Shown: positions 18,920-28,402 of the stretch, in pieces
How positions within the stretch are numbered: the first letter of the stretch is position 1
Layout: each line of letters begins with the position of its first letter
Source: Candidatus Aenigmatarchaeota archaeon
GTDB taxonomy: Archaea > Aenigmatarchaeota > Aenigmatarchaeia > QMZP01 > QMZT01
Assembly: GCA_021162425.1 (NCBI GenBank)
Contig: JAGGYQ010000022.1
Span: 1-60,646, forward strand
Reading direction: 5' to 3'
DNA length: 60,646 nucleotides
Position numbers and translations under genes: made by a program
The notes under the pieces: model-generated
What the model was told of the DNA's origin: nothing
Database searches by the model: none
Seen by the model: only the letters and a program-made list of their open reading frames with translations

Positions 18920-20152
18920 ATGGGACTTGATGTATCTAAAATAAGAGAGGACTTCCCTGTTTTGCAGAGAAAGGTAAACGGTAAACCTATAATATATTTT
19001 GACAATGCATGCATGACTTTACGTCCGCTTCAGGTCATAGAAAAATTGAGCGAATACTACATGGAATACGCGGCATGCGGCGACAGGAGTATTCACAAAT
19101 TAGGCAAGCAGGTTGATGAGGAAGTTCTGAAAACACGGGAAGCCATAAAAGATTTGATAAACACGGAAAAGACAGAAGAAATAGTTTTCACAAAAAACAC
19201 AACCGAAGGGATAAATATCGTTGCTTATGGATTTGACTTTAAAAAAGGAGATATCGTTCTGACAACAGATAAGGAGCACAACTCCAATCTTCTTCCGTGG
19301 CAGAGGCTGAAACAAAAGGGTGTGGTACATAAAATTCTCAAAACAAACGAGGACAATACATTCTCCATTGAAAACCTTGAGAAGGCGATGAACAAGAATG
19401 TTAGAATGGTCGCGTTGAACTTTTCATCAAACCTCGATGGTGTGACAAATCCCATAAGAGAGATATCAAAAATAGTTCACGATTACAATGCGTTGCTTAT
19501 GGTTGACGGTGCACAGGGTGTGCCTCATCATAGGGTTGATGTTCGCAGAATGGGTATAGATTTTCTTGCATTTTCAGGCCACAAGATGATGGGACCAACT
19601 GGAACGGGCGTGCTTTATGGTAGATACGAGCTTCTTGAAATGCTGAAACCTTTCGTCACAGGGGGCGGAACAGTCAAAACGACAACATATAATTCAGCTG
19701 AATACCTGAAACCTCCGCACAAATTTGAGGCAGGGCTTCAGCATTATTCAGGTATTATAGGTCTTGGTGAAGCTGTTAGATATTTGATGGATACAGGATA
19801 TGAAAATATAGAGAAACATGAAGTAGAATTGAATAAGATACTCACGGAAGAACTTGGTGAAGATGTTGAAATAATAGGTCCGAAAGAAGCCGAAAAACGC
19901 TCAGGTATATTTTCATTCAGAATGAAAGGTCTTAATCCTCATGAAATTGCGATACTCTTGGATGAAATGGAAAATATAGAAGTTCGCTCAGGAGAATTTT
20001 GCGTGCACTCATGGTTTAAAGGTCGTAAGGTTGATGATGCCGTGAGGGTTTCCTTCTATCTATATAACACAAAAGAGGAAGTTGAAAAGTTTATCGAAAC
20101 GATAAGAAGAATAAAACAAATTTATAAAGAAAGATTTATAACATTGTTATAA
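18920..20152 (+). CDS. cysteine desulfurase, SufS/Csd-like (class V aminotransferase)
   Basis: PLP-Lys motif 'FSGHKMMGPTGTGVLYG' and active-site 'RSGEFCVH'. Confidence 0.85.
   Translation: MGLDVSKIREDFPVLQRKVNGKPIIYFDNACMTLRPLQVIEKLSEYYMEYAACGDRSIHKLGKQVDEEVLKTREAIKDLINTEKTEEIVFTKNTTEGINIVAYGFDFKKGDIVLTTDKEHNSNLLPWQRLKQKGVVHKILKTNEDNTFSIENLEKAMNKNVRMVALNFSSNLDGVTNPIREISKIVHDYNALLMVDGAQGVPHHRVDVRRMGIDFLAFSGHKMMGPTGTGVLYGRYELLEMLKPFVTGGGTVKTTTYNSAEYLKPPHKFEAGLQHYSGIIGLGEAVRYLMDTGYENIEKHEVELNKILTEELGEDVEIIGPKEAEKRSGIFSFRMKGLNPHEIAILLDEMENIEVRSGEFCVHSWFKGRKVDDAVRVSFYLYNTKEEVEKFIETIRRIKQIYKERFITLL
20137..20151. promoter_or_regulatory. palindrome TATAACA-T-TGTTATA (copy 1 of a shared promoter/operator element)
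   Basis: Centre lies 24 nt upstream of ATG 20168. The 17-mer TATAACATTGTTATAAT is identical to 21775-21791. Confidence 0.5.
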
Positions 20153-20167
20153 TGGAATGGTAATATT

Positions 20168-21652
20168 ATGGACGATTCATTTGACCCAGCCAAATCACGA
20201 AATCCAGAACTTGTTGCCAACACAGTCGAGACTTGGTTGGGCAATCCATTTTCTAGGTTTATGATAAAGGTTATAAGCGGAAAAAGGGAAAATGGCGAGC
20301 ACAGAATTGAATGGATTTTTAAAAAATTCTCAGGATTAATCAATGATTCTTCCGATGAAACAATAAGGGATAAATTCGCGTACAGAGTTGTTGAGTTTTT
20401 TCTTGAAAAAGGTGCTGAACCATTTGGTATTACATTCGAAGAAATAAAAGACGTGATGAAAGATCCAGTTTTGAGACGCGCCCTGAGAAACGTTCTGGAC
20501 GGAATAGCGTATTTCGGCGTACAAAGACCACAGACAACATATGCACCTTTTCTCGTTGTTTGGAATTTGACAAAACAATGTAATCTGAGATGCAAACATT
20601 GTTATGAGAACGCAGGACCAAAACCTTCACCAGATGAGCTTACAACAGAAGAAGCAAAAAAAGTTATAGATGAATTTTATGATATCGGTGTTGTTGCAAT
20701 AGCATTTTCCGGCGGCGAACCTTTGCTGCGTAAGGATTTTTTTGAACTTGCCAAATACGCAGCTGATAAAGATTTTTATGTTTCAGTTGCAACGAACGGG
20801 ACGCTTATAAGCAAGGATGTGGCTAGGGAATTAAAAGAATCTGGTGTGCAATATGTTGAAATATCACTCGATGGGTTTGAAGAAGAGCATGACGAGTTTA
20901 GAGGTATAAAAGGTACATGGAGAAGAACGATTCAGGGGATAAAAAATTGTGTTGAAGTAGGTCTTGATACAGCGGTTGCAACGACTATTACAAAGCATAA
21001 TTACAAAAACATAGAAAAACTTATAGAGTTTGTTGAAAAGGAATTGAAGGCGAATAGATTTTTGGCGTTCAACTTTGTGCCTACACGTAGAGGAAAGGAT
21101 ATAATAGAGCAGGATCTCGAACCAGAAGAAAGAGAAAAGATACAGAAGTTATTGTACTCCAAGTTGAAATCAACTGATTGTAGAGTTCAGACACTTTCTA
21201 CTGCACCTCAATATGCAAGAATAGCCATACAGGATGAGAACGGCCCGGCAGTTTTTACTCATTTCACAAGCCAGGCGGCAATGAACGTGAAAGGTAAAGC
21301 AAGGACGCTGGGTGAATTTATAGGTGGTTGCGGTGCTGGCCGTCTGTATTGCGGTATGGAACCAAACGGTGATATAGTTCCATGTGTTTTTCTTCCCATA
21401 AAGTTGGGTAATATTCGAGAACAGAATTTTATGGATATATGGAGAAATCATCCTTTGTTGCAAAAAATAAGAAATCGTAATGAGTTTAAATGCAATACAT
21501 GTCCATATCTTTATGTCTGCGGTGGTTGTAGGGCGAGGGCTTACGCATATTTCAATGATGTGCAGGCACCGGACCCCGGATGTATACATAATAAAAAATA
21601 TTGGGATATTTTGAAAAGAGGTGGTGACATAAAATTATATGCATATAAATGA
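20168..21652 (+). CDS. radical SAM / SPASM-domain protein with an N-terminal extension of about 120 aa (AhbD/NirJ-like core)
   Basis: 'WNLTKQCNLRCKHCY' (CX3CX2C). SPASM-like Cys clusters 'CGAGRLYCGMEPNGDIVPC' and 'CNTCPYLYVCGGCRARA'. Confidence 0.85.
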   Translation: MDDSFDPAKSRNPELVANTVETWLGNPFSRFMIKVISGKRENGEHRIEWIFKKFSGLINDSSDETIRDKFAYRVVEFFLEKGAEPFGITFEEIKDVMKDPVLRRALRNVLDGIAYFGVQRPQTTYAPFLVVWNLTKQCNLRCKHCYENAGPKPSPDELTTEEAKKVIDEFYDIGVVAIAFSGGEPLLRKDFFELAKYAADKDFYVSVATNGTLISKDVARELKESGVQYVEISLDGFEEEHDEFRGIKGTWRRTIQGIKNCVEVGLDTAVATTITKHNYKNIEKLIEFVEKELKANRFLAFNFVPTRRGKDIIEQDLEPEEREKIQKLLYSKLKSTDCRVQTLSTAPQYARIAIQDENGPAVFTHFTSQAAMNVKGKARTLGEFIGGCGAGRLYCGMEPNGDIVPCVFLPIKLGNIREQNFMDIWRNHPLLQKIRNRNEFKCNTCPYLYVCGGCRARAYAYFNDVQAPDPGCIHNKKYWDILKRGGDIKLYAYK

Positions 21653-21774
21653 CGATTTGTGTCGCTCTGATATGACGATGTCTTTATGCTGTTTGTAAAC
21701 GGCGTTGCTCAAATTGCTTTATCAGGTGCGCTTAAACGCGATATGACAGATTCAAAAGCAACGCATAACATTTA

Positions 21775-21789
21775 TATAACATTGTTATA
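21775..21789. promoter_or_regulatory. palindrome TATAACA-T-TGTTATA (copy 2)
   Basis: Centre lies 19 nt upstream of ATG 21801. Confidence 0.5.
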
Positions 21790-21800
21790 ATTCTACTTCT

Positions 21801-22958
21801 ATGAGCAGAGTGATATATCTCGATAACGCAGAAACAACAAAAATCGACCCTGAAGTTCTCAAAGTTGTAGATAAATATTCCTCCGAGGTTTACGGTTTGC
21901 CGTCAGCAACTGAATACGGAGAAGCGCTCGGGATGCAGATTAGAAAAGACATCGAACAAGCAAAGGAAACCATAGCAAAGGCGATAAACGCTGAACCCGA
22001 AGAAATAGTTTTCACATCTGACGAGGTCGAAAATGATAATCTTGCTGTCAAAGGCGTATGTTTCGCAAACCCGAAAAAAATGCACATAATCACAAGTAAA
22101 ATTGAAAGAAAAAGCCTGCTGGACATTTTCAGATCGCTTGAAGCTATCGGATGCTTTAAAACAACATATCTCGATGTTGACAAGGAAGGATTTGTTAGTC
22201 CAGAAGATGTTGAAAAAGCAATAACAGACAAAACAGTTCTGGTCGCGCTTCATCATGTTAACCATGAGATAGGGACTATACAGGATATTGAGAGAATCGG
22301 CGAGACCTGCAAAAGACGCAATGTGATATTTTATGTTGACGCCACGCAGAGTTTTCTCAAGGTTCCCGTAAATGTCAAAAAGATGGGCATAGACATACTT
22401 TCCATTTCTGCGGATAAGATTCACGGACCGAAAGGCGTTGCCGCTTTGTGCGTCAGGAATGGTTTAAAGCTTCAGAGACTTTTCGAAGGAGGTGAGAGCA
22501 AAGATATTGTCAGACCAGGATATACAAACACGCCGGGAGTAATGGGTTTTGCAAAAGCAGTCAAAATATACAATAAAAAAGCCAATGAGCGAATGAAGAA
22601 AATGAGGGATTATCTGATAGATGAACTCCTCAAAATAAACGACACACATTTAAATGGTCCGGATGGGGATAAAAGGGTTTGCAACAACGTGAACATAACA
22701 TTCAAATATGTTGAAGGCGAGGCGCTTCTTCTTTACCTCAGCTTGAAAGGTATAGTTGCAACAACAGGTTCTGCGTGCTTTTCTTCAACGCTCAAACCAA
22801 GCCATGTTATTATGGCTTTAGGCTCGAGGCATGAGGATGCTCATGGCTCGTTGAGACTCACACTATCGAAATTCAATACAGGAAATGAGATGAAAGAGAC
22901 AGTGAAATCAATAAGAGAAGTGGTGGGACGGTTAAGGGAGATAAGCCCTCTTGGATGA
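21801..22958 (+). CDS. cysteine desulfurase, NifS/IscS-like
   Basis: 'SISADKIHGPKGVAAL' (PLP Lys) and 'TTGSACFS' (catalytic Cys loop). Confidence 0.9.
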   Translation: MSRVIYLDNAETTKIDPEVLKVVDKYSSEVYGLPSATEYGEALGMQIRKDIEQAKETIAKAINAEPEEIVFTSDEVENDNLAVKGVCFANPKKMHIITSKIERKSLLDIFRSLEAIGCFKTTYLDVDKEGFVSPEDVEKAITDKTVLVALHHVNHEIGTIQDIERIGETCKRRNVIFYVDATQSFLKVPVNVKKMGIDILSISADKIHGPKGVAALCVRNGLKLQRLFEGGESKDIVRPGYTNTPGVMGFAKAVKIYNKKANERMKKMRDYLIDELLKINDTHLNGPDGDKRVCNNVNITFKYVEGEALLLYLSLKGIVATTGSACFSSTLKPSHVIMALGSRHEDAHGSLRLTLSKFNTGNEMKETVKSIREVVGRLREISPLG

Positions 22959-22967
22959 GGCGAAATT

Positions 22968-23144
22968 ATGCACAAACATAAAGATAAAATTTCCTGCCCA
23001 TTCGTGAGCAAACGAAATGGAGTTTCGACAGATTACACAGAAATCGGTCTTATCTCGAACATAGGAAAAAGAGCAGCGATTTTCCACCCGATAATCACTG
23101 TTCCGCAAATTTTGATTCTGGGATATCTGTTTAATTTAATGTGA
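22968..23144 (+). CDS. possible small ORF (58 aa), hypothetical
   Basis: Below the track cutoff. ATG preceded by GGATGAGG. Sits between nifS-like and iscU-like genes. No motif recognised. Confidence 0.2.
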   Translation: MHKHKDKISCPFVSKRNGVSTDYTEIGLISNIGKRAAIFHPIITVPQILILGYLFNLM

Positions 23145-23184
23145 CAAACATACGTTATGAATAATTTCCTATGTCATCTTTATA

Positions 23185-23199
23185 TATAACGCCGTTATA
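23185..23199. promoter_or_regulatory. palindrome TATAAC-GCC-GTTATA (copy 3, variant centre)
   Basis: Centre lies 25 nt upstream of ATG 23217. It has the same 6-bp arms as copies 1 and 2. Confidence 0.45.
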
Positions 23200-23216
23200 A
23201 ATTTTAATCTGGCTAA

Positions 23217-23855
23217 ATGGCGATTCTTATGTATTCCAAAAAGGTTATCAAGTATTTCATGCACCCCAAAAATGTGGGAGAAATCAAAAATCCGGACGCG
23301 AAGGCTACAGAAGGAAGTCTCGCCTGCGGGGACATGATAACAATTTATCTTAAAATCGACTCGAAAACCCACGTCATTACGGACATAAAATTCAAATCCT
23401 ACGGCTGCGCCGCGAACATAGCAACGACGAGCGTGATGACGGAGATGGTGAAGGGAAAAACCATACAGGAGGCGAAAAAGCTCGAGTTCAAGGACATAAC
23501 GAAAGCGCTGGGCGGGCTTCCTCCGATGAAAATCCACTGTTCAATTCTCGCAATAGATGGATTGAAAACAGCCATAAGGAATTACGAGGAAAGACACGGT
23601 CTCGCAAAACCAGAGGATTTGAACGAGAGCATTCTCCGTTCGCGATTACGAAAGGTCATAGACCCGAAGGTGGGGAAAGATATAGTAACAGCAGGCATAG
23701 TTCAGAATGTCACAATCAAAAATGGTGCCGTCAGACTTCTTCTCAAACTTCCTGAAGACCACGAATTCCGTGATAATATACTCGAGGAAATCGACGAGAG
23801 AATAGGACATATTCCTGGAGTCAAAAAACTGAACATAGAGTTTATAAAGCAATAA
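23217..23855 (+). CDS. IscU/NifU-N scaffold fused to a DUF59 (MIP18/SufT-like) domain
   Basis: Three scaffold cysteines ('LACGDM', 'YGCAANI', 'IHCSILA'), then 'RLRKVIDPKVGKDIVTAGIVQNV', which is DUF59-like. Confidence 0.85.
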   Translation: MAILMYSKKVIKYFMHPKNVGEIKNPDAKATEGSLACGDMITIYLKIDSKTHVITDIKFKSYGCAANIATTSVMTEMVKGKTIQEAKKLEFKDITKALGGLPPMKIHCSILAIDGLKTAIRNYEERHGLAKPEDLNESILRSRLRKVIDPKVGKDIVTAGIVQNVTIKNGAVRLLLKLPEDHEFRDNILEEIDERIGHIPGVKKLNIEFIKQ

Positions 23856-23856
23856 T

Positions 23857-24585
23857 TTACTGCCGTTGAAATTTTTCATTTAATGCTATTATCTTTGATA
23901 TCACCCCCTCGTATGATTTCTTTGCAAGGTCAATGTTGTCTACATTAGATATCTCTGCCAAACCACCGACATCTGCCCTTCTTATTTCCTTCCTCACATG
24001 GTTGTATATATCCTCCATCAATTTTTCGAGCTCTTCAAGTCTCATAAATGCGTGCATTCTCCATAACCCTTCCGCAGGAAAATTTTTTACACAATCAAGG
24101 TCAACCGAGATATGTAGCCTGTCCGTCTGGTCGGATAACTTCTCCAACTCCGTGAAAAACTCTTCCCGCTTTATGGTATTAACAGATTTGTTATCTATGA
24201 TATCTACACCCGAGAAATGATACACAATAACTTTATGTTCGTGGCGTTCATTGCTTGCACGAAAATGCGTGGCATACAACATTTCCAGAAATTCCTCCTC
24301 GCTTTTTATTTCTCCATCGTCTGCGTGTCCGTCTATTCCTATTTTCAAGGCAGGTTGGTGGTAGTCGAAAAAGAAGCTTTCCCCATGATACAGTCCGGAG
24401 CCCCATACATAGATTGACGTTTCGTCATCTGATATGTTCTCAAGCGTGTTTATCCTTAGTTTTGGGTCATGAGGCAAACGAACGAATTCTGCCCTGTCTG
24501 CCAACGATTTTTCAATATATCCTATTATCTCAATAAATGTTTCGTCTGTTGATTGGCAATAAATTTTGGGTTTCACTTTATTCAT
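23857..24585 (-). CDS. short, divergent ureohydrolase (arginase/agmatinase)-fold protein
   Basis: Ordered motifs resemble the arginase-family metal ligands: 'GSGLYHGES', 'IDGHADD' (DxHxD), 'ISVDLDCV' (DxD) and 'GGLAE'. Assignment is by eye only. Confidence 0.4.
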   Translation of the reverse strand: MNKVKPKIYCQSTDETFIEIIGYIEKSLADRAEFVRLPHDPKLRINTLENISDDETSIYVWGSGLYHGESFFFDYHQPALKIGIDGHADDGEIKSEEEFLEMLYATHFRASNERHEHKVIVYHFSGVDIIDNKSVNTIKREEFFTELEKLSDQTDRLHISVDLDCVKNFPAEGLWRMHAFMRLEELEKLMEDIYNHVRKEIRRADVGGLAEISNVDNIDLAKKSYEGVISKIIALNEKFQRQ

Positions 24586-24676
24586 TTTATATTATTTGAA
24601 CAATAATATTTATTACTTATTCATGGTAAACAAATTGTTTAAATACTTCTCTACAAGATTAAGTATCGGTGATAAG

Positions 24677-26287
24677 ATGGATGTGAAGTATTTGGTCAGG
24701 GAAATCGAAAAACTTCCAAATATTCAGAAAATATCTGCTGGAAAATTGGAAAAACTCGCCAAGAAATACGGAAGAAAAACGGAATTTAAAAACTATAACT
24801 TTTCGACATCCGTTAGACACAGGAGCGCTAATCTAACGGTTATAATAGGCAGCGAGAGGGTCAGGCAGAAAAACCTGAATGAAAGGCAAAAAGAAATACT
24901 GAGAAACCTTGATAAGACCCTCGAGAGAGTTAAAAGCTATCTCAAAAAAGTCCCTGTTGTTATGGTCGAGAGGAGAATGGGGCAGAACGATATATTTTCA
25001 CCTAAATGCGTGCTGTTTACATCTGTGTACAAGGAGGAGTTCGTCAGACTCCCATTCATGTTTTCTGTTTCATATTTCGACCCCCGAGGGCATACACAGG
25101 ATACGCTTTACACAATCGCAATTCCTGAATGGAAAGAGGAAGACAGGCAGATTCTCGTATTCCCAGAGGATGGCATAACGTTCATTCTGGGTTCCGACTA
25201 TTACGGAGAAATCAAGAAATCATTCCTTAGAATGGGCATGTGGGCAGCGAAACAAAAAGGCATGCTCGGTATACACGCAGGAGCCAAAATAATAAGAGCG
25301 AAGGATATCTATGGTGCTGTAAGGAGATATGGAATGCTCTTGTTCGGTTTAACAGCAACAGGAAAAACTACGCATACATGTCATAATCACGGATTAGACA
25401 AACCAGGAGAAGGGGTTGAAATAGTTCAGGATGACGTCGTCTTCTGGAGAAAAGATGGTTCCGCGCTGGGAACAGAAAAGGGATTTTTCATAAAGACTGA
25501 TGGGCTTGACAGCGAGGCACAGAGATTGCTTCGCGAGGCAGCGACGAAGAAAGGCGCAGTTTTCGAAAATGTCATGGTTGATTACAGAGGCAGGGTTCAT
25601 TTCAGCGATGACACGCTGACAGGAAATGGCAGAGGGGTGATCCAGAGAGATGACCTCGGCAAATATAAACATAAAACAGTAGATATTCCACCGCTGAATG
25701 AACTTGACGGTCTGATAATATTATTCATCACGAGAAGAAATACCATACTTCCCATAATATCGAAACTCACGCCCGAGCAGGCGGCAGCAGCGTTTATGCT
25801 CGGTGAATCTGTCGAATCCTCTGGCGGTGACCCAAGGCGCGCGGGCGAATCTGTCCGCGTGGTAGGGACAAACCCTTTCATAATAGGCGATTTCGCCGAA
25901 GAGGGAAACCGTTTTTATGAGTTTGTCAAGGCAAACGGGCAAAAGATTCAATGCTATCTGATGAACACCGGTGCTGTTGGGGAAATAATGGTAAAGAAAA
26001 AAGACGGGACTAAGGAAATCAGACAAAAAGGCGAGAAAATAAAAATAGAGGACAACGCAGCGATTATTCGCGCAATAGCAAGAGGGACGATCGAATGGAA
26101 AAAGGACGATTATTTCAATGTTCTTGTTCCTGCGAGGGTTGATGATATGGACATCACAAGATTTGACATCAGAAAATACTACACAAAGGATATGATAAAA
26201 AAACTGGTTAACGATCTCATAAAGGAAAGAAAGGACTACATCAGAAAATTCAAAAAGTTGAGAAAAGAAATAGTTAAAAGTTTTTAG
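24677..26287 (+). CDS. pckA: phosphoenolpyruvate carboxykinase (ATP-type)
   Basis: Kinase-1a-like 'GLTATGKTT', 'QDDVVFW' and 'GNGRGVI', plus a C-terminal nucleotide-binding region. The ATG at 24677 (MDVKYL) avoids overlap with the divergent gene. Confidence 0.8.
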   Translation: MDVKYLVREIEKLPNIQKISAGKLEKLAKKYGRKTEFKNYNFSTSVRHRSANLTVIIGSERVRQKNLNERQKEILRNLDKTLERVKSYLKKVPVVMVERRMGQNDIFSPKCVLFTSVYKEEFVRLPFMFSVSYFDPRGHTQDTLYTIAIPEWKEEDRQILVFPEDGITFILGSDYYGEIKKSFLRMGMWAAKQKGMLGIHAGAKIIRAKDIYGAVRRYGMLLFGLTATGKTTHTCHNHGLDKPGEGVEIVQDDVVFWRKDGSALGTEKGFFIKTDGLDSEAQRLLREAATKKGAVFENVMVDYRGRVHFSDDTLTGNGRGVIQRDDLGKYKHKTVDIPPLNELDGLIILFITRRNTILPIISKLTPEQAAAAFMLGESVESSGGDPRRAGESVRVVGTNPFIIGDFAEEGNRFYEFVKANGQKIQCYLMNTGAVGEIMVKKKDGTKEIRQKGEKIKIEDNAAIIRAIARGTIEWKKDDYFNVLVPARVDDMDITRFDIRKYYTKDMIKKLVNDLIKERKDYIRKFKKLRKEIVKSF

Positions 26288-26697
26288 AACACCTCGATTA
26301 TTTCGTCCGTTGAACCTATGTAAATGAATCCCTTTGTGTTCCCTTCGAATCTTTTTCTGAACCTTTCAACCTGCCGACGACCATGGGTTTTCTTTTTTCT
26401 CTTCTTGACCTCAAAATATGACACTCTGCCTTCCTCGTCAACGGTAAGTATGTCATATTCACCGAAATCGCATTCAACAAACAAGCCAATTTCCCTTATT
26501 TGATAGCCGTCATTTAAGATTTTTTCAAGAAGTTTTTTAACATAAAAGTCATGTTCGCTGATGTTCGCAATGTTTGAGAAACGGCTGTACATCTTTGTAA
26601 AAAATGAATCACAATCTGTTATATCTTCAACGCTCACGAGGCGACCGCTTTTTCTCAATTCTTCGAGAAAATCATCCAATTTATACTTTCTTGTCAT
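26284..26697 (-). CDS. hypothetical protein, possible PD-(D/E)xK nuclease fold
   Basis: 'GEYDILTVDEEGRVSYFEVKKRK' gives a D...E-x-K arrangement. The ATG at 26697 lies after the upstream gene's stop. Confidence 0.35.
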   Translation of the reverse strand: MTRKYKLDDFLEELRKSGRLVSVEDITDCDSFFTKMYSRFSNIANISEHDFYVKKLLEKILNDGYQIREIGLFVECDFGEYDILTVDEEGRVSYFEVKKRKKKTHGRRQVERFRKRFEGNTKGFIYIGSTDEIIEVF

Positions 26698-26732
26698 TTC
26701 GCGCACCCAAATGTAAAGAAAAAATATAACTT

Positions 26733-27968
26733 TTACTTTTTTAAATTGGTACTGTGCACGCGGGGCGAAGAACAAAAATCAGAATTTTTATACTTTTTTA
26801 CCTTTTGAATCATCCGATGCATTTCCTCGTAAGTATCTGCTAAATCATTTTTACCGAGCCTTTTTGCCAATTTTGCCGCTTCGGGGTATTCTCCAATCTG
26901 TCCGAACAGTTGCATCTTTATCTCCAAAAGTTCGTGAGGATTTTCTAACAGTTTGCAAGCCTCTTCCACATCCATGATGACATTTGCAGGATTCCATCCA
27001 TCTTCAATTTTTCTGTTGATTTCACTTAAGTATGCATGTTTCGCCGACTCTTTATTTCCGATTTCATACAACAGCTCTGCCAGTTCTTTCAATCTGTCCA
27101 AATCATAATTTTTTTGTGTGCTTTCGTCGCGTTCTCGCTTTTCCACCTTTTTGACTACCGCCTTCGCTTCTTCTGTAAGTCCGAATTCGAGCAATGATTT
27201 GACAAACATCTTGTAAAACGCTGGCGTGCCTCTTGGTCGCAGTTTTCTGGCTTCTCTGGCAAGTGTTTTCTTGGCTTTATCAATTTCCCCTAATATCTTT
27301 GCAGATTCAACATAAATTTCCAGATTCTTGTGGCGCTTGTAGGTTCTAAAGCCAATTGACGCAAGTTCTGTCAGCCTGCCAGGGGTGTGTTTTCTGGCAA
27401 TTTCCATAGCCTCCTTTAGAAGGTCATAGCCCTTCTGTATGGCTTCGATAGAAAGCTCGATTGCCTTGTCATAATCACCCAATTTAACGCACGTCTCCAG
27501 AGGTGAACAGGGGTCCTTGTCCTTGTTTTTGAGCTGAAGCTCCAGCAGCTCCTCCAACAAAATCTTTGCCTTTTCAGGTTCGAATCTTTCGGCAATGTCG
27601 CTTGCGACCATGAGCCAATACTCTTTTTCTTCCTCTCTTTTTGTGCGTTGCACGAGTTGTTCAATTCTCTCGATTGTGTATTTTGCAATGTCGGTATTGT
27701 CCCATTCTATTAATTTTCCTCTTATATCCCAGTTATGTTTGATGCACAGCTCTATGTATTGCTTTGCAAGCTCTGTGAACCTCTCATCATGATTATGGAG
27801 CTTCGCATATTTTATTTCTTCTTCTAAAATCTCTGTGTTTTGAGGCTCCATTTTCAAAATCAAATCGGCGATTCTTTCATCTCCGGGTGTGTATAGTTCT
27901 TTTAGAAAATTGAGTTGTGTGGTCTCGTCTAATCTTTGAAGTATGTCGAGATTTGTTTTCTTTTTCAT
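26733..27968 (-). CDS. all-helical repeat (TPR-like) protein, hypothetical
   Basis: 411-aa ORF rich in amphipathic helix repeats. No catalytic motif recognised. Confidence 0.5.
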   Translation of the reverse strand: MKKKTNLDILQRLDETTQLNFLKELYTPGDERIADLILKMEPQNTEILEEEIKYAKLHNHDERFTELAKQYIELCIKHNWDIRGKLIEWDNTDIAKYTIERIEQLVQRTKREEEKEYWLMVASDIAERFEPEKAKILLEELLELQLKNKDKDPCSPLETCVKLGDYDKAIELSIEAIQKGYDLLKEAMEIARKHTPGRLTELASIGFRTYKRHKNLEIYVESAKILGEIDKAKKTLAREARKLRPRGTPAFYKMFVKSLLEFGLTEEAKAVVKKVEKRERDESTQKNYDLDRLKELAELLYEIGNKESAKHAYLSEINRKIEDGWNPANVIMDVEEACKLLENPHELLEIKMQLFGQIGEYPEAAKLAKRLGKNDLADTYEEMHRMIQKVKKYKNSDFCSSPRVHSTNLKK

Positions 27969-28056
27969 TTACCGTCACGTCTGGCTGAAACTATTTAGAA
28001 GTTGGAAATAAGCTTTATAAACCTGAAAAATGGTAATTGGATTCGCAAAGTGCGTT

Positions 28057-28380
28057 TCATTCCAAAAATTTTTCAAGTCTTTCTTTGATCATCTGTTTTG
28101 GCAACGCACCAATGATTCTGTCAACAAGTCTGCCGTCTTTGAATATGATAAGCGTTGGTATGGACATTATGCCAAATTTGGCAGCAGTTTCCCTGTTTTC
28201 ATCAACATTTATTCTGCCGAATCCTGCCCTGTCTTTCATTTCTCCTGCGAGGGATTCAAAATGCGGCTCCATCATTTTGCATGGTGCGCACCAGTCCGCG
28301 TAGAAATCTACAATTGCGATCCTATTGGTTTCAACAAACTCCTTGAAACTTTTATCATTCAGGGACGCGACATTGGACAT
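28057..28380 (-). CDS. trxA: thioredoxin
   Basis: 'FYADWCAPCKMM' active site in a 107-aa protein. Confidence 0.9.
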   Translation of the reverse strand: MSNVASLNDKSFKEFVETNRIAIVDFYADWCAPCKMMEPHFESLAGEMKDRAGFGRINVDENRETAAKFGIMSIPTLIIFKDGRLVDRIIGALPKQMIKERLEKFLE

Positions 28381-28402
28381 GTTATAACCTCCTTAAATTT
28401 AA

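Noticed and set aside
23169-23537. 122-aa minus-strand ORF over the iscU promoter and N-terminus
   Set aside because: It is antisense to the scaffold gene with its three conserved Cys motifs. The translation is Arg/His-rich.
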